Assembly: GCA_023256515.1 (NCBI GenBank) | Contig: JAGDYD010000031.1 | Location: 1 to 40,259, forward strand | Length of the DNA: 40,259 nt | Direction: 5' to 3' | From: Candidatus Micrarchaeota archaeon | Lineage (GTDB): Archaea; Micrarchaeota; Micrarchaeia; Micrarchaeales; CABMGC01 | Shown: positions 35,030 to 40,259 of the stretch, piece after piece | Numbering within the stretch: position 1 is the first letter of the stretch | Layout of the letters: each line of letters starts with the position of its first letter | Translations under genes and position numbers: made by a program | Notes under the pieces: generated by a model | Database searches by the model: none | The model's input: the letters and a program-made list of their open reading frames with translations, nothing else | Told to the model about the DNA's origin: nothing

Positions 35030-37339
35030 CTACAGCTCTTCAACAATAGTGCTCCCATGCGAGGCCTTGTCTCTGCTTAGCATATATGTTTTTGAGCTTG
35101 AAGCCTGCTTTAAGGCTTCATCATGTGTTATTAAGAATACTTGTTCGACTATCCTAGGCAGAGTCTCATTGAATACCTTAATGAATTTGGCTATTCCCTG
35201 CTCGTCTATATTGTGCGTAGGCTCATCCAATATCAGCCACTTTAGATTTGGAACCAAAACAAGTGCAAAAGCAACACGCATAGCCAAGCATGCTATGCTC
35301 CTCTCTCCTCCGCTTGCTATGCTCTCTACTGGGCGCCATTCTTCTATTCCATTTCTTATAAGCTTTACCTCTAGTATATAGTCATCTTTGTTTGCTTGAA
35401 GCCTTATATCAACATAATCTCCATAAGGATAAAGCTCTGGCCATATCTCACTCATTATATGATTTATTGAATTTATCAGCTTAGCCCTCAATATTCCTTG
35501 AGTTTCAGACAAAGCATTCTTGAATTTTATGAGCTCCTCGGCCGTTTTTTTCTTCTCTTTTGCATCTTGTATTAAAGCATTGACTTTTTGGAGCACCTCT
35601 TCTTTCTCTTTTATTTCATTTTCTTTTTGCGACAAAGCCTTTTCTATTGATATTAGGTTTGCCTGGTTAGAGCTAAGCAGAGAATTTAGCCTTGTATACT
35701 CTTTTTGCTCTTTCTCTATAAGCTCCTCGCTCACCTCTTTTTCAAGCAATGATAGGTCCAAGCCCATTTTGCTCTGCTTTTCTTTGAGCTCTTGGGCTTC
35801 TTTCATATAAGAATTTAGCTTCTCCGCCTCCTTTTTTTCTTCTTTTAGCTTAACAAGCTCTTCATATACTTTAGACTCTTTTTCCGATAGCTTTTCTCTA
35901 GCATTTTTTGCCTCTTTGCTTGCAGCTTCTTTTTCTACAAGCTCCTTCTTTGCGTTAGATAATTTTTCGTCTATCTCTGCATATGCTTTGAGCTTTTCGT
36001 CTGCAACTAAGATATTGTTTATTTCTTCCCTAAGCTGCTTTAGCTGAGCCCTAGATTCTTCAACAAGCTTAGATGCATTTTTTATAGCCTCTTCCGCCTT
36101 GCTTAGCATCTCTTTTTTGCTTTCAAGCAGCCTAAGCCTAAGCTCATCCGTTAGCTCTCTCTCGCAGACAGGGCATACGCTTATATGCTTAGACAAATCC
36201 TCAATATATTTTTCCAGCTCCTCTTTCTTTGCTTTGCTTGATGCTAGATCCTTTTCAAGTTTCTCTAGCTCCTCTTCTTTCTCTCCTTTTTTCTTTTCGT
36301 AGTCTTCAAGCCTCTTGTTGCCTAGCTTCTTTATTATAAGATCCCTTTCTTGCATCTGTTCCTCTAGCTTTTTGGTCTCGCTTTCTAGCCTTGCTACCCC
36401 TTTGTTGAGCTCAAGCTCTGAGTTTTGGGCACTTTTAAGCTCCTGCCTCACCTTTTCAAGCTCAGAAGAAAGAGAATTTATCTTAGATTCAATCTCTTCC
36501 GGCTTAATCTGCATATCTTGTATCTTTTTTGCTTCCCTGTTTATCAGCTCAAGCCTGCCTTCTATGCTTTTTAGTTCCTTTTCCAGCTCTCTTTTTTTGG
36601 CGTCTTTGGCTTGAAGCTCCTTTAGCTTTTTTGCCTGCTCTTCAACATTTTTGATAAGAGTACTTTGCTTCTCTGAGAGCTCAGCCTTCTCTTCATTGAG
36701 TTTTTTAAGTTCTTCTTTTGCCTTGCTTAGCTGCTCCTCAAGCTTCTGCAGATCAAAATTGCCAGCAGATTTTTCAGCCTGCTCAGCCATATCCTTTATT
36801 CTATTTACAAGGCTGGTTGCATTGTCTTCTGCTATTGCAAATTTATCCAAGCCCAGGAGCTTGTCTATAACATCCTTCCTCTCGCTACTTCTGAGCTCTA
36901 GGAAATAATCTAGATTGTTCTGCTCTGAATATATGGCCCTTGAGAAAAGGTCATAATCCATTTTCAGCAAGCCTTCTATATATTCTGTTACGCGCTGGGG
37001 CTGTGCTTGCACTATTGAGCCATTCTTGAAAAGTCTTGCAGAGGAAGAGCCGGAAAGCTCTATGTGCCTTTCAACAACATATTCATTACCTTCAAGCTCT
37101 ATGCCAAGCTTAACCTCTGCATAATTCTCTTGCGAAGGAACATTCTTTATAAGATCTTCTGTGCTTATTCTCCTATGCTGCAATGCAGGGAATGTGCCGA
37201 AAAGAGCATATGAGATTGCATCCATCACAGAGCTCTTGCCTGAGCCCATTTGGCCTATAAGCACATTAGTGCCCTTCGCAAAGCTAAGCTTGGTATTCTT
37301 GTGAGTTTTCCAGTTTGTGAGCTCTATAAATTTGATCAT
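35030..37339 (-). CDS. rad50: Rad50-type SMC-like ATPase with zinc hook
   Basis: The motifs are Walker A (GQMGSGKSSVMDAISYALFG), a CxxC hook in mid coiled coil (CPVCERELT), the signature SGGERSIACLAMRVAFA, Walker B (LILDEPTHNID) and a His switch (ITHDE). Confidence 0.85.
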   Translation of the reverse strand: MIKFIELTNWKTHKNTKLSFAKGTNVLIGQMGSGKSSVMDAISYALFGTFPALQHRRISTEDLIKNVPSQENYAEVKLGIELEGNEYVVERHIELSGSSSARLFKNGSIVQAQPQRVTEYIEGLLKMDYDLFSRAIYSEQNNLDYFLELRSSERKDVIDKLLGLDKFAIAEDNATSLVNRIKDMAEQAEKSAGNFDLQKLEEQLSKAKEELKKLNEEKAELSEKQSTLIKNVEEQAKKLKELQAKDAKKRELEKELKSIEGRLELINREAKKIQDMQIKPEEIESKINSLSSELEKVRQELKSAQNSELELNKGVARLESETKKLEEQMQERDLIIKKLGNKRLEDYEKKKGEKEEELEKLEKDLASSKAKKEELEKYIEDLSKHISVCPVCERELTDELRLRLLESKKEMLSKAEEAIKNASKLVEESRAQLKQLREEINNILVADEKLKAYAEIDEKLSNAKKELVEKEAASKEAKNAREKLSEKESKVYEELVKLKEEKKEAEKLNSYMKEAQELKEKQSKMGLDLSLLEKEVSEELIEKEQKEYTRLNSLLSSNQANLISIEKALSQKENEIKEKEEVLQKVNALIQDAKEKKKTAEELIKFKNALSETQGILRAKLINSINHIMSEIWPELYPYGDYVDIRLQANKDDYILEVKLIRNGIEEWRPVESIASGGERSIACLAMRVAFALVLVPNLKWLILDEPTHNIDEQGIAKFIKVFNETLPRIVEQVFLITHDEALKQASSSKTYMLSRDKASHGSTIVEEL

Positions 37340-37476
37340 TGAATAGCTTTACTCATTTTATATTTATAGCATTATCTTTTTGAAGACTTGAATTAAAAAA
37401 GCATATTTGCAATTCATATATTAGATAAGTATTTAAAAATTCAACTTCAATATAATAATGCAAATTCTGTGATTTT

Positions 37477-37872
37477 ATGAGCCAATTTGGAGTACAATAT
37501 CATGGACCTTCAAAAAGGAAGCTTGCAGGAAACGGCAAGTTGAAGATAAAGAGTAGAGACAAGAAGAGGCATGAGATAGGTGGCTATTTTGCAGCAACAA
37601 GATTGGGAGAGAACAATGTTGTAAAGAAGGTAAGGACTAGAGGAGGCAAGGAAAAGGATAAGCTAAAGAATGCCGGCTATGCTAATCTGCTTGTTGATGG
37701 AAAATACCAAAAGGTAAAGATAAAGGGGGTTATTGAGTCAAAAGACAACAGGAACTTTGCAAGGCTTAACATATTAACAAAAGGCACAATAATAGAGACA
37801 GAGCTTGGAAAGGCCATAGTTATAAATAGGCCTGGCAAAGAAGGATTTGTAAATGCAAAGCTGGTGAAGTAA
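37477..37872 (+). CDS. rps8e: Ribosomal protein eS8
   Basis: MSQFGVQYHGPSKRKLAGNGK...KKRHEIGG...VRTRGG.. is the eS8 pattern. The protein is 131 aa. Confidence 0.9.
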   Translation: MSQFGVQYHGPSKRKLAGNGKLKIKSRDKKRHEIGGYFAATRLGENNVVKKVRTRGGKEKDKLKNAGYANLLVDGKYQKVKIKGVIESKDNRNFARLNILTKGTIIETELGKAIVINRPGKEGFVNAKLVK

Positions 37873-38244
37873 ATGAGTATAAGGGTATATGTCTGCCCAA
37901 TAGAAAAAGAGGCAGAGCTCAAAAAGATGCTAGAATATGATCCTTATATAGACCCTAAGATAAAGGAAGAAGATCTCAAAAAGATAAGAGAAGACGAGAT
38001 GGCAAACATAATATTCGCAAGGCAAGACTGCGTGCTTAAGGATGGAGCCTCTATAAACTTGGACCCATCAAAGTGCTACCTTTTCATAAATGCCCAAGAT
38101 TCATTTCTAGACAAAGCAGAGAAGAAGCTTAAGAGCATAGAAGGGCTAGAAAGGGCAGACAAAAGCATTGAAGAAAAGGTTGCAATGTTTATAGATGACG
38201 AAAGGAAGAGGGCTGACGAAGGCTTTGGATCCATATTCGGCTGA
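37873..38244 (+). CDS. Hypothetical protein with a ribosomal-stalk-like C-terminal tail
   Basis: The ATG directly abuts the eS8 stop. I recognise no family. The C-terminus is ..ERKRADEGFGSIFG. Confidence 0.5.
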   Translation: MSIRVYVCPIEKEAELKKMLEYDPYIDPKIKEEDLKKIREDEMANIIFARQDCVLKDGASINLDPSKCYLFINAQDSFLDKAEKKLKSIEGLERADKSIEEKVAMFIDDERKRADEGFGSIFG

Positions 38245-38249
38245 ACTGT

Positions 38250-39149
38250 ATGAATTTTATAAGCATTGCTGATATTTCAAAAGAGGATATACAGAGAATA
38301 TTTGATATAGCAGATGATTTAAAGCAAGGGAGGTCAGAAATAGCATTGAAAGAAGATTCTGTTGCTGCGCTTATATTTGAAAAGCCCTCTACAAGGACTA
38401 GGGTCTCTTTTGAAGTTGCAATGGCCCAGCTAGGAGGGCATTCTATATATATAGATTCTAGAACCTCGCAGATGTCAAGAGGAGAAAGCATAGCAGACAC
38501 AGCCAAGGTTCTAAGCCAATATGTTGACTTTATAATAGCAAGGCTTTACAAGCACGATGATATTATAGAATTTGCAAAAAATGCTACAGTTCCTGTGATA
38601 AATGCACTCACAGATCTTGAGCATCCTTGCCAAGCTCTGAGCGATCTTTATACGATACAGGAAGTAAAGAAAAAGCTAAGAGGCCTAAAGCTTTCTTTTG
38701 TAGGAGATATTGCTGCGAATACTGCAAACTCCCTTATGCTTGCTGCTTCTAAGATGGGCATGGAAGTTGCTCTTGTCGGACCAAAAAATTATATGCCAAA
38801 TACATTTTACTTCACAAAAGCTAGAGAGTATAGCAAAGTTGGAGTATACGATAACATAAAAGAAGGGGTTGAAGACTCGGATATTATATATACAGACACA
38901 TTTGTAAGCATGGGGCAAGAAGCAGAAGCTGAAGAGAGGAAAAAGCTTTTTGCACCATATCAAGTCAATAAAACACTAGTTAGTTATGCAAAGAAGGATG
39001 CAATAGTTATGCACTGCTTGCCTGCACACCGTGGCGAAGAGATAACAAGCGATGTATTAGATGGCAAGCAGAGTGTTGTATGGCAGCAAGCCAAAAATAA
39101 ACTGCTCATAGAAAAAGCAATACTGCTCTATTTATCTGAAAAGGGTTAG
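38250..39149 (+). CDS. argF: Ornithine carbamoyltransferase
   Basis: The motifs are STRTRVSFE (carbamoyl phosphate binding), HPCQAL, DTFVSMGQE and MHCLPAHRGEE. The HCLP motif points to OTCase rather than ATCase. Confidence 0.88.
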   Translation: MNFISIADISKEDIQRIFDIADDLKQGRSEIALKEDSVAALIFEKPSTRTRVSFEVAMAQLGGHSIYIDSRTSQMSRGESIADTAKVLSQYVDFIIARLYKHDDIIEFAKNATVPVINALTDLEHPCQALSDLYTIQEVKKKLRGLKLSFVGDIAANTANSLMLAASKMGMEVALVGPKNYMPNTFYFTKAREYSKVGVYDNIKEGVEDSDIIYTDTFVSMGQEAEAEERKKLFAPYQVNKTLVSYAKKDAIVMHCLPAHRGEEITSDVLDGKQSVVWQQAKNKLLIEKAILLYLSEKG

Positions 39150-39859
39150 CCCCATACATCTGCCTTTACCTTTGCACTTTCAATTCCCAAATTGCTGAGC
39201 ACAGCTTTCATTGCATTTGTAAAGTTCAAAGGCCCACATACGTAGCAATCCCTCTCTGTCAAATCCGCAACATGCCTTTTTACCATCTCCTCATTTATGT
39301 GGCCTGTTTCTCCAGTCCAATTGTCACCTTGCTGCGGTCTTGTCACAGTCACGACAAGCTTAAGTCCAATGCTTTTGGCAAAATCCTCAAGCTCGCTTTT
39401 TCTTATTATCTCAGTTGGGTACCTTACGCTGTAGATAAGCACGGCATCTATATCAAATCCCTTCTCCTTTATGTGCCTGAGCATAGACATGAAAGGCGCT
39501 ATTCCAGTGCCTCCTGCTATAAATAGCACTTTCCTGTTCTTTTTCGGATCAAATCTAAACTGGCCATATGGGCCAGACACATAATAAATATCCCCTACTT
39601 TGGCAGTGTCAAGCTTCGAAGTAAACCTACCATGAACCATGCTTATGTAAAGCTCTAAGGTGTCGCTTCCAGGTCTTGATGCCAATGAGTAAGCCCTGCC
39701 TATTTCTTGTGAAGTTGAAGGGTCCTTATAATAAAGCATTATGAACATGCCAGGGTCAAAATCCAGTGTGGCATTATCTTGACTCTTTAGCCTAAATATA
39801 TTAACATCTGGAGTCTCCTTTATTATCTCAGTTATTGTATAAGGTTCTTTTGATATAAT
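39146..39859 (-). CDS. FNR-family FAD/NAD(P)-binding oxidoreductase (start codon unresolved)
   Basis: It has the RxYS motif (GRAYSLAS), the NAD motif (LFIAGGTGIAPF) and the C-terminal CYVCGP. The track ATG at 39748 falls inside the conserved PG-M-F strand. The open frame continues upstream as YVAQCEAGVCIISKEPYTITEIIKETPDVNIFRLKSQDNATLDFDPG with no ATG. I placed the 5' end provisionally at the ATT at 39859. Confidence 0.7.
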   Translation of the reverse strand: MISKEPYTITEIIKETPDVNIFRLKSQDNATLDFDPGMFIMLYYKDPSTSQEIGRAYSLASRPGSDTLELYISMVHGRFTSKLDTAKVGDIYYVSGPYGQFRFDPKKNRKVLFIAGGTGIAPFMSMLRHIKEKGFDIDAVLIYSVRYPTEIIRKSELEDFAKSIGLKLVVTVTRPQQGDNWTGETGHINEEMVKRHVADLTERDCYVCGPLNFTNAMKAVLSNLGIESAKVKADVWG

Positions 39860-39994
39860 ACAAACACCCGCTTCGCATTGTGCGACATATCACGGCATTT
39901 GAAACTTTTGCATAATGTCTTATGTTGTTCAAAGCCTAAAAAACATCGGCAGATTAAAATGATGAAGAAATACAAAGCCAAATTGCCCTAGAAC

Positions 39995-40259
39995 TTATTT
40001 CACGCTTGTGAGAGCTTCAACTACCTTTTCAAACTTGTCTATAGAGCGTATTATCTCCTTAAGCCTCGGATTTATATTATAACCTAAGCCATAGCCCCTC
40101 TCAGTCCTTATGTGCGTCGGCTGGAGTACATTTATATTCATAGAAAGGTCCCTAAGCGTTATAATAAGCGTCTTCCTGGTAAATTTCTTTCCCAAGATAG
40201 CATAAAGCTCGCGCGTAGTCCTGGGGGACTTCTCCATAAGCAGCTTTAATACAGCATAA
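39995..40259 (-). CDS. Winged-helix transcriptional regulator (N-terminus may lie beyond the right edge)
   Basis: ..LKLLMEKSPRTTRELYAILGKKFTRKTLIITLRDL.. is a wHTH-like segment. The frame stays open to the window end. Confidence 0.45.
   Translation of the reverse strand, partial: YAVLKLLMEKSPRTTRELYAILGKKFTRKTLIITLRDLSMNINVLQPTHIRTERGYGLGYNINPRLKEIIRSIDKFEKVVEALTSVK

Noticed and set aside
39890-39892. Selenocysteine decoding of the in-frame TGA in the FNR-like gene
   Set aside because: No SECIS-like hairpin is evident in the short 3' region, which overlaps argF. Sec use in archaea is restricted to a few lineages, and a rare start codon or point lesion is simpler. It is kept only as a low-probability option in the finding.
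39959-39994. A perfect C-box heptamer AUGAUGA in the spacer before the right-hand wHTH gene
   Set aside because: There is no CUGA D or D' box at the required 10-13 nt spacing, nor anywhere in the next 60 nt. There is no terminal stem either, so this is probably chance.
1-40259. CRISPR arrays, IS elements, prophage genes, toxin-antitoxin pairs and known defence cassettes
   Set aside because: I looked for regularly spaced short repeats, transposase or integrase motifs and typical defence enzymes, and found none. The only notable DNA repeats are the LamG junction repeats inside coding sequence.

Overview
AT-rich, very tightly packed archaeal chromosome segment. Archaeal markers are ribosomal proteins eS8 and eS26, archease, Cdc48/VAT, a FlaI/PilB-type ATPase, PolX, FtsZ, a tRNA-Gln with A1-U72, an intron-containing tRNA-Ile and a C/D box sRNA candidate. 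Convergent genes abut or overlap, many genes are joined by ATGA or TAATG overlaps, and several genes use TTG or GTG starts behind GGTG-type Shine-Dalgarno sites. This suggests a streamlined, possibly DPANN-like, genome, but the lineage cannot be fixed from this window. The flanks are mostly housekeeping: cdc48, M50 protease, gdhA, polX, ftsZ, protein disulfide oxidoreductase, rad50, eS8, argF and three tRNAs. The centre (4882-20441, about 15.5 kb) is the standout. It is an Epd/Tad-like type IV filament locus built from two convergent operons. The + operon encodes an ATPase, two single-domain platform proteins and two coiled-coil accessory proteins. The - operon has six translationally coupled genes, led by a four-CBS protein with an HPF/RaiA-like tail. 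The other five are proteins with class III (prepilin-like) N-termini, three of them giant (719, 886 and about 1109 aa) and made of Laminin_G_3 lectin-like cassettes, a PQQ-type beta-propeller and an Ig-like insert. The cassettes share nucleotide-identical junctions. Other items of interest are three tandem RCK proteins (two with MthK-like pores lacking the TVGYG filter), an exosortase/archaeosortase-like protein with an extra C-terminal domain, a Nudix-like/UDG fusion, a frameshifted glycosyltransferase, an FNR-like gene with no usable ATG and an in-frame TGA near its start, and a small protein beside eS8 with a ribosomal-stalk-like C-terminal tail. No CRISPR array, transposase or integrase was seen.
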